A stretch of 64,000 nt of DNA from Dehalococcoidia bacterium (GTDB lineage Bacteria > Chloroflexota > Dehalococcoidia > GIF9 > AB-539-J10). Location: contig JAUWOR010000002.1 of the NCBI GenBank assembly GCA_030612025.1, positions 96,001 to 160,000 on the forward strand, given 5' to 3'. Shown piece by piece: positions 42,537 through 52,360 of the stretch; position 1 is the stretch's first letter; every line of letters starts with the position of its first letter. A program made the position numbers and the translations under genes. The notes beneath the pieces were generated by a model, which saw only the letters and a program-made list of their open reading frames with translations, was not told the DNA's origin and ran no database searches.

Positions 42537-42573
42537 TAGGAATTTAGTCCCAAAAATGGTAGGAGTTTAGTCC
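42537..42573. promoter_or_regulatory. Direct-repeat operator candidate
   Basis: TAGGAATTTAGTCC and TAGGAGTTTAGTCC, 23-bp period, upstream of the HTH gene. Confidence 0.5.
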
Positions 42574-42609
42574 TCGATATGATGCTTGATTGAAGATAAG
42601 GCTGAAGAA

Positions 42610-42900
42610 GTGAGATTGCCACGCTGTGCATCCGCTTCGCTCGCAATGACGAGAGGGGTGTCATTGCGAGGAGTAGCATTATCGTAGTGCGACCCTTCAG
42701 GGTCGTGCATTGACGTGGGCACGAGGCTGAAGCCTCGCACTACGAACTACTGCCCAATGGCTGGCAACAATATTATAGCCCAGCTCTGAACAGAGCGAAG
42801 GGACATCGGACAGGAGGGAACTGCCGAAGCAATCCCAAGTTATCTTTCGTAGCTATGGGCCTTTAGACCCACAGTGCTAGGCTAAAGCCTCGCACTACAA
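42610..42900. repeat. REP-like palindrome cluster
   Basis: CGCAATGAC/GTCATTGCG pair; GTAGTGCGACCC..GCACTAC at 42684-42743 and a variant at 42849-42898. Confidence 0.8.
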
Positions 42901-42916
42901 CTCAATGTTATGTTTG

Positions 42917-43477
42917 TTACAATTCCAGCTCTGAGGCGATGCCCTTCATCGCCTCAAGGCCTAAGGCGACGAATTCCTCCAGTTCCAATCCAATTTCCTG
43001 GCAGCTAAGCAATTGTTCTCGGCTAACTCCGGCAGCAAATCTTTTCTCACGGAAGCGTTTCATCACCGATTTGGTGGTCAATCCATTTAGTTTATCGGGG
43101 CGAACCAAGGCAGCAGCGGTAATAAGCCCACTCAAAGGGTCGGCGCAAAAAAGCGCCTTATCTAATGTTGTTTCCCGGGGGATGCCATGGGCTTCATTGT
43201 GGCATAAGATAGCATGAGCCATTTTTTCACTAGCCCCAAGCTCTTGCGCTATATCAGACCCCAGTTTACTGTGGCTACCGGGATCACGTTCGACCAACTC
43301 TACATCTATGTCATGCAGGAGCCCGGTAAGTCCCCATTCCTCTTCATCCTCCCCTAATTTTTTAGCCAGGGCACGCATAATTGCCTCGGTAGCTAACATG
43401 TGCTTTACCATGTTCTTATCCTGAACATTGACTCGTATGGAGTCAAGGATTTCGTCTCTATTCACCTTTGCGCCCAT
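42917..43477 (-). CDS. HD-domain phosphohydrolase
   Basis: KHMLATEA, GLLHDID, H, CHN, ADPLSG, KRFAAG. Confidence 0.88.
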   Translation of the reverse strand: MGAKVNRDEILDSIRVNVQDKNMVKHMLATEAIMRALAKKLGEDEEEWGLTGLLHDIDVELVERDPGSHSKLGSDIAQELGASEKMAHAILCHNEAHGIPRETTLDKALFCADPLSGLITAAALVRPDKLNGLTTKSVMKRFREKRFAAGVSREQLLSCQEIGLELEEFVALGLEAMKGIASELEL

Positions 43478-43520
43478 AATAAGAGGTCTCCCCTTTTTAT
43501 CACCCTCACTTTATTCCTCA

Positions 43521-43642
43521 AGGCTGTTTAATTTTGATTCTTTGTTCAATTTCAGCCCTCTCAGAGGTGTTTCACCCCCAAATTTTTGTAGTTGCCTGAT
43601 TTATCAGGCACAGTCGCCCAATAAATTGGGCTTTTACCACCA
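43521..43642. mobile_element. Partial MITE with a variant GTAG-REP
   Basis: AGGCTGTTTAATTTTG...TTCACCCCCAA..GTAG; flanked by a 14-bp direct repeat TCACTTTATTCCTC. Confidence 0.55.
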
Positions 43643-46600
43643 TCACTTTATTCCTCTCTTGTAAGGAAAAGAAACTTCATTACATGAGAGGCTAGGTGAG
43701 GGTTCCTTCTTTGATAATATATCACGTAAGTATTGCCCAGTGGAAGAATTTTCTCTTTGCGCTATTTCCTCCGGTGTGCCAGTAGTGATGATATAGCCGC
43801 CTTCGTCTCCAGCTCCGGGACCAAGGTCAATGACCCAATCGGCGTTTTTGATTACATCGAGGTGATGCTCAATGATAATCACTGTATTTCCATAGTCCAC
43901 CAAGCGTTGCAGCACCTGCAACAAGCAAGCAACATCGGGGAAGGAAAGGCCTGTAGTGGGCTCATCAAGGATATAGAGCGTTTTGCCTGTAGAGCGACGG
44001 GATAGCTCGGTAGACAGCTTTACTCGCTGTGCCTCGCCTCCAGAAAGGGTAGGTGCAGGCTGACCCAGACAGATATATCCCAGGCCAACGTCTCTGAGCG
44101 TTTCCAATTTGCTTTTCACCCGGGGAAAATGGTCGAATAAAACCAAAGCTTCATCCACAGTCATATCAAGAATTTCGGCGATATTTTTCCCTTTAAAGTG
44201 AATCTCCAGCGCTTCACGATTGTACCTTTTTCCCTTACATACCTCGCAGGGGACGGTGACATCGGGCAAAAATTGCATCTCAATTTGAACATAGCCGGCT
44301 CCCTGACAGGCTTCACATCTGCCTCCCTTTACATTGAAGGAGAAACGCCCTGGGGGATAGCCACGCATTCTGGCTTCAGGAACGGCAGCGAAGAGCTCCC
44401 GAATAGGGGTAAAAGTTCCGGTATAAGTAGCTGCATTGCTTCGCGGGGTGCGGCCGATGGGCGACTGGTCAATGTTAACCACCTTATCAATATACTCAGT
44501 GCCAATAATGCCATCGCATTTGCCCGGTCTCTCCTTGGCTCGGTAGAAAAATCTGGCCAGGTTTTTATACAGGACTTCATCAATAAGAGAGCTTTTGCCA
44601 CTGCCAGAAACGCCAGTAATGCAAACAAATTTGCCTAAAGGGATATGGACATCAACGTTCTTCAAGTTGTTTTCCCTAGCACCTTTAATCACCAGCTCTT
44701 TTCCTGAGCCAAGGCGACGCTTAGGTGGCAAGGGGACTTCTTTCACCCGGCTAAGATATTGTCCCGTTATTGACTCAGGACAATTCATAATATCCTTCAG
44801 CCTTCCCGTGACAACAATTTCCCCTCCCTGCTTACCAGCCCCTGGGCCCATATCAATAATGTAATCAGCCGCTCTCATCATAGCCTCATCATGCTCTACA
44901 ATGATTATGGTGTTATCCAAATCCCTGAGGCGTTTCAGCGTGGTTATCAGACGAGAGCCATCAGCAGGATGCAAACCCACCGTGGGCTCATCGCAAATAT
45001 AAAGCACACCAGTAAGCCCGCTGCCAATTTGGGTGGCTAAATGGATTCTCTGTGCCTCGCCACTACTCAAGGTTGCTGAACCACGGTCTATAGTTAAGTA
45101 GCTCAGACCTATGTCCCTGAGAAAACCCAAGCGGGCGTGAATCTCTTTGATAATTTGATTAGCGATAGTAAGTTCACGCGGGCTAATCTGGCTGCTCAGC
45201 CCTTCCGCCCAATCCAGAGCCTCGGTAACAGATAGGGCAGTAACATCCATAATGTCTTTGCCGACAAGAGTGACAGCCAAAGATTCTGGTTTGAGCCTCT
45301 TCCCCTGACATATAGGACAAGGATGGGATGACACATACCTTTCGATATCAGCCCTAACACTATCGGAATCTGTCTCCCGATAGCGGCGCTCCAGATGCGG
45401 TATTATACCCTCAAAGTTTGTGTAATACTGGCGCATTCTGCCATAGCGGTCTTCATATGTAGCTAGAACCATCTCGCCACCATTGCCATAGAGGATTAAG
45501 TGGAGCTGGCTCTCAGTCAAATTCCTGACTGGCGTGGTGAGGGAAAAGCCATAGCGGCGAGCCAGGGATTGAAGTATGCTACTATACCAGGTGCTGAGCT
45601 GCCCATTTCGTGCCCAGGGTTGAATAGCCCCTTCGACCAAGCTGAGTCCTTTGTCAGTGATAACCAGATTGGGGTCGATCTCTAATTTGACGCCCAGTCC
45701 GGTGCAGGCAGGGCAAGCGCCATGAGGGCTATTGAAACTAAATGTCCTGGGGGCGATTTCGCCCAGGCTAATGCCACAATAGACACAGGCGAAGTGCTCC
45801 GAGAAAAGCAACTCTTGTCCTTGGGACTCCTCCCCTCCTTCAGAATGATAACCTTCCCCTGTCACCCCGAACGAAGTGAAGGGTCTCTGAGATTCTTCGC
45901 TACGCTCAGAATGACAAGAGGCGAAAGACTCCGAATGACCGGAGGGAAAGAGCTCAGAATGACAATTGAGGATGGAAATGAGCACTACGCCTGAGCCTAG
46001 TTTCAATGCTGTTTCGATGGAATCGGCCAGCCGAGTAGCATTTTCGCCTTTCTCTATTTGCAATCGGTCAACCACTGCCTCGATAGTATGCTTTTTGTTT
46101 TTATCCAGGTGAAATTCCTCGGAAAGATCACAAATTCGCCTATCAACTCGAACCCTGACAAACCCTGCTTTTTGCAAATCTTGAAATATCTGTTGATGCT
46201 CACCTTTACGGTCTCTAATTAGTGGTGCCAGAATCATAATCCGACTTCCCCGAGGTATTTCCTGAACGGCATCTACAATTTGTTGCACTGTCTGGCGGGA
46301 AATCTCGCGTCCGCATTTGGGACAATGCGGGTGACCAATACGAGCGAAGAGAAGGCGCAAATAGTCATAGATCTCGGTTACGGTGCCTACCGTAGACCTT
46401 GGATTATGAGGAGGCCCTTTTTGATCAATGGAGATAGCCGGGCTAAGCCCCTCGATATAATCAACATCGGGCTTTTGCATCTGCCCCAAGAATTGGCGAG
46501 CATAGGCGGAGAGAGATTCCACATACCGGCGTTGACCCTCAGCGTATATGGTATCGAAGGCTAGGGAGCTTTTGCCTGAACCAGAAACACCAGTGATGAC

Positions 46601-46684
46601 TACCAAGTTGTTTCTGGGGATAACGACATCTATGTCCTTAAGGTTGTGTTCCCTGGCACCCTTAACGAATATGGCGTCTGGCAT
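43643..46684 (-). CDS. uvrA: Excinuclease ABC subunit A with a repeat-derived in-frame insertion
   Basis: GAREHNLK, two GVSGSGKSS, Zn fingers, LSGGEAQR; ATG at 46684 supported by TTGAGA-17 bp-TACAAT at 46695-46723. Confidence 0.96.
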   Translation of the reverse strand: MPDAIFVKGAREHNLKDIDVVIPRNNLVVITGVSGSGKSSLAFDTIYAEGQRRYVESLSAYARQFLGQMQKPDVDYIEGLSPAISIDQKGPPHNPRSTVGTVTEIYDYLRLLFARIGHPHCPKCGREISRQTVQQIVDAVQEIPRGSRIMILAPLIRDRKGEHQQIFQDLQKAGFVRVRVDRRICDLSEEFHLDKNKKHTIEAVVDRLQIEKGENATRLADSIETALKLGSGVVLISILNCHSELFPSGHSESFASCHSERSEESQRPFTSFGVTGEGYHSEGGEESQGQELLFSEHFACVYCGISLGEIAPRTFSFNSPHGACPACTGLGVKLEIDPNLVITDKGLSLVEGAIQPWARNGQLSTWYSSILQSLARRYGFSLTTPVRNLTESQLHLILYGNGGEMVLATYEDRYGRMRQYYTNFEGIIPHLERRYRETDSDSVRADIERYVSSHPCPICQGKRLKPESLAVTLVGKDIMDVTALSVTEALDWAEGLSSQISPRELTIANQIIKEIHARLGFLRDIGLSYLTIDRGSATLSSGEAQRIHLATQIGSGLTGVLYICDEPTVGLHPADGSRLITTLKRLRDLDNTIIIVEHDEAMMRAADYIIDMGPGAGKQGGEIVVTGRLKDIMNCPESITGQYLSRVKEVPLPPKRRLGSGKELVIKGARENNLKNVDVHIPLGKFVCITGVSGSGKSSLIDEVLYKNLARFFYRAKERPGKCDGIIGTEYIDKVVNIDQSPIGRTPRSNAATYTGTFTPIRELFAAVPEARMRGYPPGRFSFNVKGGRCEACQGAGYVQIEMQFLPDVTVPCEVCKGKRYNREALEIHFKGKNIAEILDMTVDEALVLFDHFPRVKSKLETLRDVGLGYICLGQPAPTLSGGEAQRVKLSTELSRRSTGKTLYILDEPTTGLSFPDVACLLQVLQRLVDYGNTVIIIEHHLDVIKNADWVIDLGPGAGDEGGYIITTGTPEEIAQRENSSTGQYLRDILSKKEPSPSLSCNEVSFPYKRGIK
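45821..45964 (-). repeat. 144-bp palindromic-element insertion inside uvrA
   Basis: 45890-45919 is identical to intergenic 38022-38051; encodes four (C/G/Y)HSE units. Confidence 0.9.
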
Positions 46685-46729
46685 GCTGCCTTTAATTGTA
46701 ACATCAGCGCCGATGGTTCTCAAAAGGAG

Positions 46730-47010
46730 TGCACTCATCCATATGAGTGACACGTCGGCTCCTTTGTTGCTATCCCAAAGCAATCTATGCTGATCCTCCC
46801 TCCCCTGGCGGGAGGGAGTTAGAGGGAGGGGGGAATTTCACCCTCACCCTAGCCCTCTCCCATCAAGGGAGAGGGAATCTTTGCTAAAGATTGCCACGCC
46901 GGAGCCTGTCCTGAGCATCACGAGATTCTTCAGTCGCTTCTCTCCCTCAGAATGACAAGAAGGGAAGGGCTCAGAATGGCAAGGAGCGAAGGAACTGGCA
47001 ATGACACGCC
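46730..47010. repeat. Palindrome cluster with terminal motif
   Basis: TGCACTCATCCATATGAGTGACAC, then CCCTCACC..CCTCTCCC..GGGAGAGG and CAGAATGACA modules. Confidence 0.75.
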
Positions 47011-47074
47011 CCCCGCCAAGTAAAGAGAAGTGCGGGGTGGTACAGGGTGGGACTCACAACACCAATTTATGCAC

Positions 47075-49132
47075 CTAAATCAGACCACCGAAACTTGTTA
47101 ATACCGGCGCTAATAACAACGAGATTACCGACATCAGCTTGAGCATGATATTGAGAGAAGGCCCGGCAGTATCTTTCATTGGATCACCAGCAGTATCTCC
47201 CACCACTCCTGCCTTATGAGCCTCTGAGCCTTTGCCGCCAAAATGCCCGGCCTCAATCCACTTTTTAGCATTATCCCAGGAGCCACCAGCATTGTTTAAG
47301 GTGATAGCAAAGATAAAGCCCGTGGCTAAAGCACCGACAAGAAAACCAGTCAGAGCATATTTGCCCAGAATTACTCCCACAAGCACGGGCATAATAATGG
47401 TTAGTACCGAGGGAGCCATCATCAGCTTCAGTGCTGCTTCGGTGCAAATATCTACGCACCTACCATACTCTGGCTTGGCTGTTCCCTCCATCAAGCCCTT
47501 TATCTCACGCCATTGCCGACGAACTTCATCTACAATAAGCGCCGTAGTTACACCCACTGATTTCATCGTCATAGCACAAAAGACAGGGGGCATAAGAGCA
47601 CCTAGAATTATCCCCACGATAACCGGTGCGCTTAGCAAGCTCAATGCTGGCGGTACTATTACCTCACCGGTAGGAGAAATTGTTACTATTTGTGTAGCTA
47701 CAGCGAAGGCAAGGATCAAGCCTAAGGAATTCATGGCAGCGGCACCGATGGCAAATCCTTTGCCCGTGGCTGCGGTAGTATTGCCCAGAGAATCTAAAGC
47801 ATCAGTTCGCTCACGCACCTCAGGTGGTAACCCCACCATGGTAGTAATGCCACCAGCATTATCAGCCACAGGTCCATAAGCATCAGTGGCCAGCGTTACA
47901 CCTAAAGTAGACAACATGCCAGCAGCAGCTAAGGCCACACCATAGAAACTAGCGAAATGGAAGGACACAATAATCGCTACCGCTATCAAAACTACCGGAG
48001 GCCAGGTGCTCATCATGCCATTGGCAAAGCCACGAACTATGGTAGCACCCCCGCCGGCGGTAGAGGCTTGGGAAATTTCCAGTGTCGGTTTATAAGCATA
48101 AGAAGTAAAGTAGTTCGTGCTTTCCCCCATAAGCACACCAGCTATAAGGCCGGCCAGCACTGCCCAGAAGAGACCCAAGCTGGCATGTAAGAAGTGAATC
48201 ACCAAAAAAGCAAATATCACCGTCAATATTGAGGCGCTAAGCGTGCCGCGACGCAAGGCTCCCAAAAGAGCACCCATCTCCACCTTCTCTCCCACTCGGA
48301 CTAAAAAACAGCCAATTATAGAGGCTATAATGCCTCCAGCCATGATTAGCATAGGTAGATACCAAGCAGTTTTGATATCAGCAACTACCCCAATTGCCAC
48401 AGCAACAGTACATAACGTCATGGTAGCAATGACAGTTTCAACATAAGACTCGAATAAATCAGCACCCATGCCACACACATCGCCAACATTATCACCGACA
48501 AAGTCAGCTATCACGGCAGCATTCCTGGGGTCATCTTCCGGTATCCCCGCCTCCCCCTTACCCACTAGATCGGAGCCGGCCTCAGCCCCCTTAGTGAAGA
48601 TACCACCACCTACTCTGGCAAAGAGGGCGACACCCGAAGCCCCTACACCATAGGCTGGAATTATTGCCAGGAAACTGGGGTCATCATGCCAGGCGAAATA
48701 GAGAATAGATAACCCTATAATGCCAATGCTAACCACAGTCAGCCCCATAACCGCCCCTCCCCGGAAGGAAACTCTCAATCCCTGATTCAAGCTTTTTTGT
48801 GCCGCGGCACAGGTCCTACCATTAGACCTAACAGCCATATTCATGCCGGCGTAGCCAGCTCCCATAGAGCAAAAGGCACCAAAAATCAGAGCCACACTCA
48901 CTTTCCACTTCAAACCAGGGACAAATGCTAAAATGATAGCTAATACCGCCACCACAATAAGCAAGGTGCGATATTCCCGGCCAATAAAAGCCATCGCTCC
49001 TTCCTTAATGGCAGCAGAACACTCTTTAATTTTGTCCGAGCCTTGGTCCTGCGCTAGGACGTATCGCACAAAATAGAGAACTACACCAGCTCCTAAAATC
49101 CCAGCGATGACACAAATCCAGACTAAGTCCAT
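47075..49132 (-). CDS. hppA: Membrane-bound K+-dependent (probably Na+-translocating) pyrophosphatase
   Basis: DLVGK.EAGIPEDDPRN, GDNVGD, DAYGPVADNAGG, GNTTAA (K+-dependent type), GGSWDNAKK. Confidence 0.93.
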   Translation of the reverse strand: MDLVWICVIAGILGAGVVLYFVRYVLAQDQGSDKIKECSAAIKEGAMAFIGREYRTLLIVVAVLAIILAFVPGLKWKVSVALIFGAFCSMGAGYAGMNMAVRSNGRTCAAAQKSLNQGLRVSFRGGAVMGLTVVSIGIIGLSILYFAWHDDPSFLAIIPAYGVGASGVALFARVGGGIFTKGAEAGSDLVGKGEAGIPEDDPRNAAVIADFVGDNVGDVCGMGADLFESYVETVIATMTLCTVAVAIGVVADIKTAWYLPMLIMAGGIIASIIGCFLVRVGEKVEMGALLGALRRGTLSASILTVIFAFLVIHFLHASLGLFWAVLAGLIAGVLMGESTNYFTSYAYKPTLEISQASTAGGGATIVRGFANGMMSTWPPVVLIAVAIIVSFHFASFYGVALAAAGMLSTLGVTLATDAYGPVADNAGGITTMVGLPPEVRERTDALDSLGNTTAATGKGFAIGAAAMNSLGLILAFAVATQIVTISPTGEVIVPPALSLLSAPVIVGIILGALMPPVFCAMTMKSVGVTTALIVDEVRRQWREIKGLMEGTAKPEYGRCVDICTEAALKLMMAPSVLTIIMPVLVGVILGKYALTGFLVGALATGFIFAITLNNAGGSWDNAKKWIEAGHFGGKGSEAHKAGVVGDTAGDPMKDTAGPSLNIMLKLMSVISLLLAPVLTSFGGLI

Positions 49133-49156
49133 ACTCCTCTCCTTTTATACAGTATT

Positions 49157-49246
49157 AAAGTAAGAGCACCTAGATCTAATCTATGTGCTCTTACCCCACT
49201 TGGTTTGCTAAGATAACTCTTGCCAAGAATGTAACCCTAATTAAAG
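49157..49246 (-). promoter_or_regulatory. Structured hppA leader: candidate Na+ (DUF1646-type) riboswitch plus terminator hairpin
   Basis: GGUU..UGGCAAG..AACCAAGUG followed by a GTAAGAGCAC/GTGCTCTTAC stem and TTT. Confidence 0.45.
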
Positions 49247-49323
49247 ATTCATTGCCTATAGTAGGCAACAGTCTCACCCTTTCTCTACAATGTCACCTAC
49301 ACTGCTGAAAAATGGACTATCAG

Positions 49324-49689
49324 CTACACACGCGTTCTGATCTCAAAGTTTATAGCGCCGGTAGGGTAGAAAAACGGGCCGTGCTTCATACCCGGGGGGC
49401 GGCAAGCGTAATATCCGGCTCTATACGTTTTGTTCAGTGCCACGTCTATGCTAGTTCCTCTAATTACAAAGACCTCCTCCCAGAAATCCTCATGGCAAAG
49501 TACCTTGCCTGGTGCAGCTTTGGGCTGCCGGATACAAGCATCCAAATCCGGCTCACATAGGAGCAGCCGGGTATAAGAGCCTGTATCTGGGTCCCTAGCC
49601 AATATTTTTTCGTATTGCCCCGGTATTCCTTCCACCGGTTTCCAAGGAATGAGCCCAGTATCAAAGAACTCCAATTCTGGCTTAGCCAT
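49324..49689 (-). CDS. Cupin (ChrR-like) protein
   Basis: HEDFWEEVF..G and YACRPPGMKHGPF. Confidence 0.82.
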   Translation of the reverse strand: MAKPELEFFDTGLIPWKPVEGIPGQYEKILARDPDTGSYTRLLLCEPDLDACIRQPKAAPGKVLCHEDFWEEVFVIRGTSIDVALNKTYRAGYYACRPPGMKHGPFFYPTGAINFEIRTRV

Positions 49690-49713
49690 TTTATCCCTCC
49701 TTTTATATTTTTG

Positions 49714-49854
49714 AGGCTGTTTAATTTTGCCTCAGATTCAAAACTGGATTTGCCTCATCCAGTTTTAATACTCTTCACCTCCAAGATTCTCGTAGTGCGA
49801 CCCTTTAGGGTCGTGCACGAGGCTAAAGCCTCGCACTACATTTTTAAACACCCT
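49714..49854. mobile_element. 141-bp MITE carrying a GTAG-REP doublet, copy B
   Basis: TIR AGGCTGTTTAA / TTAAACACCCT (10/11); same layout and length as copy A. Confidence 0.75.
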
Positions 49855-49916
49855 ATATTTTATAGCTACACTACTTTACGCCATGATGTTATTTCTTAAA
49901 CACGCACTGCTTCCAT

Positions 49917-50606
49917 CTAACACCTGAACCAAGCGATAGGCTCCGCAGAATAAGCATACCTGATAGCTCTTCCAACATGCTCATCAATCAGCTCCATCTC
50001 GAAGCGCGAGCTGAAACACAACCCACCACCAATGGTAGGCAATGTCCCTGAGTATATGACTATACCTCTTAAGTCTCCTGTCACACGCGATTGCACCTTC
50101 TCAATCAGTTCCTCAGGCCTTATAATCTTTCCTAATTTGCCTTCTTGATACAATTGGCGCTGGCCATTCTCCTCCACCCACGCTCGCAGAATTAAGTCAT
50201 CCCAATGCCCCTTCACATCCTCGTAGCGCCACACCTTTGGCGCAATGACATTAAAGTATATCTGCTTTGACATTAGAATGCTATGCTTTTCGAGCTCTCG
50301 GTCTGTGTGGTCACTACCTACCGTAACATAGATATGCTCACCATCAAGTAGAAGTACATATTCTACCTCACCAGAGGTTTTCCTATCGGGAAGGATTTCT
50401 ATTCTGTTGCCGGTCGTAATATTGTCTGGCAGTATGGGATAAAAAGCCGGAATCTCTTGAGATGTGGTGATCCCGTGCTTCCGTAACTCATCAATATGTT
50501 TTTGGATCTCATCTGGGCCGCGACCTGTAAATCCGGCGTTAATCATCTTTCGAACTTCGAATGTCAACTTCCTAGTACCATCGCCCTCAACGATTAATTC
50601 AAGCAT
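49917..50606 (-). CDS. DUF2848-family protein
   Basis: NAGFTGR..HIDEL, TSGEVE, VGSDHTDRELE, SKQ, HWD, LYQEG. Confidence 0.85.
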   Translation of the reverse strand: MLELIVEGDGTRKLTFEVRKMINAGFTGRGPDEIQKHIDELRKHGITTSQEIPAFYPILPDNITTGNRIEILPDRKTSGEVEYVLLLDGEHIYVTVGSDHTDRELEKHSILMSKQIYFNVIAPKVWRYEDVKGHWDDLILRAWVEENGQRQLYQEGKLGKIIRPEELIEKVQSRVTGDLRGIVIYSGTLPTIGGGLCFSSRFEMELIDEHVGRAIRYAYSAEPIAWFRC

Positions 50607-50638
50607 TTTTCTAGCATCTCCTCCTTATCTAAACTATT

Positions 50639-51424
50639 TTATACCGGAAGAATCCTGTTTTGAAGATAGGGAGCCTCTTTTCTAAATTTATAAACCTCCG
50701 CAATATCTATCTCACTTTTCACTATACATTCGAAGATACCCCCACTCGCGATAGACATCCCGTGTGGGTCAACAATAGCACTGTGCCCGAGATACTGGTT
50801 ACCACGATTGAAGCCAGCACAATTACAGGAAATCAAGTAACACTGGTTCTCATTAGCCCGAGCGTGGCTTAGCTCTACCCAATTCTCTAGCCTTACCAAG
50901 GGCCACGCTGCTATAAGTAAGAAAACCTCTACACCTTTATTGATAGCCATTTTACGATAGAGTTCTGGGAAGCGTAGGTCATAACATGTACTTAAACCCA
51001 GAACGCCAAGCTCTGTTTCTACTGCCACAATATCCCGCCCACGGTTCAGCAATGCTGCCTCTTGAGCCCCCCCTAAATTAAACAGGTGCATCTTCCGGTA
51101 TGTCGCAATAATCTCGCCCTTAGGGTCTAACAGAACCGCAGTATTGTAAAGCCCGTCATCCGACCTTTCAACAATGCTACCGGCCAGGATATATGCCTTA
51201 ACAGCCCTTGCCTTCTCAGCTAGCCTAGAGATTGTTTCACCCTGAAGGGTTTCACTGCCATCACGATACATATCAAAAGAGTACCAGCCAATATTCCATA
51301 CTTCAGGCAAGAGGATTAAATCTGCATCAGCAGCCCTATCAATGAGTCCTTCCACATGCCTTATTCTATCTGCTTTGGAATTTTCGTCAGTGAACCAACA
51401 TTGTATGGAAGCCACCTTGCTCAT
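50639..51424 (-). CDS. Carbon-nitrogen hydrolase (nitrilase/omega-amidase family)
   Basis: E-K-C triad: LPEVW, YRKMHLF, CYDLRFPE; ARANENQ. Confidence 0.92.
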   Translation of the reverse strand: MSKVASIQCWFTDENSKADRIRHVEGLIDRAADADLILLPEVWNIGWYSFDMYRDGSETLQGETISRLAEKARAVKAYILAGSIVERSDDGLYNTAVLLDPKGEIIATYRKMHLFNLGGAQEAALLNRGRDIVAVETELGVLGLSTCYDLRFPELYRKMAINKGVEVFLLIAAWPLVRLENWVELSHARANENQCYLISCNCAGFNRGNQYLGHSAIVDPHGMSIASGGIFECIVKSEIDIAEVYKFRKEAPYLQNRILPV

Positions 51425-51706
51425 TTTCTTCTCTCCCTTTATTAGACTTTACTGCCCTGTCTATAAGTGTGTCACTCTCTATCTGAACAGGGTCACACGC
51501 ATCCCTTAGCAGAATTTGTCATCAATTTCCCTCGTAGTATTACACCAGACCAGCTAAATACAAGTTTTTTATCCACTAGCTTCTTGCCGACTTGCATAAC
51601 TGCTTTCTTAGAATTTAATGAGTATCTCAGATCAACTCCTCAGATGCTAGCCCACTAAAATGCGAGTATTAATTGAATATAAGCACACATAACCTCTAAC
51701 TATTTA

Positions 51707-52351
51707 TCAAGCACTTGGTTTTTGGGCCAAGTTATCAAGTTTTGCTTGCAGTTCCTTTTGTCTTAAAGCTACCGTCAGGTCGCCTCGAGTCCTTTCCGTG
51801 ATGCCTCGAATAGCATCTGTAGTCCGCCTTAAGCCATGAGTAACAACTTCGGGAAAACCCATAGTCATTAACACTCCGTAAATACCATCCATCATAGCAA
51901 GCAACTCCTCACCACGGGAAAAGTCCCCTCGCCTCAAACCATCTAAGATGTAGCGCCTTAATTCACCTACGGCTTCGCCTAACCCATTAAGATAGGCAGC
52001 ACAGCTAACACCTAATTTCTCAGGTTTAGGGAGGTCTTCTTTGTTAATCAAAGCTAGGGTAAGGCATGCCTCAGCGAACTCCTTTTGAGCATCATGGACA
52101 AAGCCTGAGTGAAGTAGCTCACTATGATTGCTAAGATTGAGGTTTATATCTTGAATTAACTTATAAGCTGAATCGAGGAGTTGCTTAGCCTTATCTTGTT
52201 CCTGGCAATGTAAAGCGCGTATAGCCCGGGCGCTATGCTGGACTACTTGGCGGCAACCACGCAAAGCCTTCTCCCGTGCCTCATCCTCAGTTATAAGGTA
52301 AGAGCGGATATGCCTAGCGATAGCTTCTAAATCTTCTAGCGACTTTGACAT
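51707..52351 (-). CDS. Translin/TRAX-family protein
   Basis: AREKAL..CR, AQKEFAEA, YLNGLGEAVGELRR, LRRTTD. Confidence 0.8.
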   Translation of the reverse strand: MSKSLEDLEAIARHIRSYLITEDEAREKALRGCRQVVQHSARAIRALHCQEQDKAKQLLDSAYKLIQDINLNLSNHSELLHSGFVHDAQKEFAEACLTLALINKEDLPKPEKLGVSCAAYLNGLGEAVGELRRYILDGLRRGDFSRGEELLAMMDGIYGVLMTMGFPEVVTHGLRRTTDAIRGITERTRGDLTVALRQKELQAKLDNLAQKPSA

Positions 52352-52360
52352 CTTATATTC

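Noticed and set aside
45821-45964. Intein or self-splicing intron in uvrA
   Set aside because: It begins with Cys but is only 48 aa, lacks intein blocks and the His-Asn end, and matches an intergenic repeat family.
46690-46730. LexA box upstream of uvrA
   Set aside because: Only a GAAC half-site; no GAAC-N4-GTTC palindrome.
46685-46783. N-terminal extension of UvrA in the ORF track
   Set aside because: It spans the promoter and a repeat terminus; ATG at 46684 matches the usual UvrA start.
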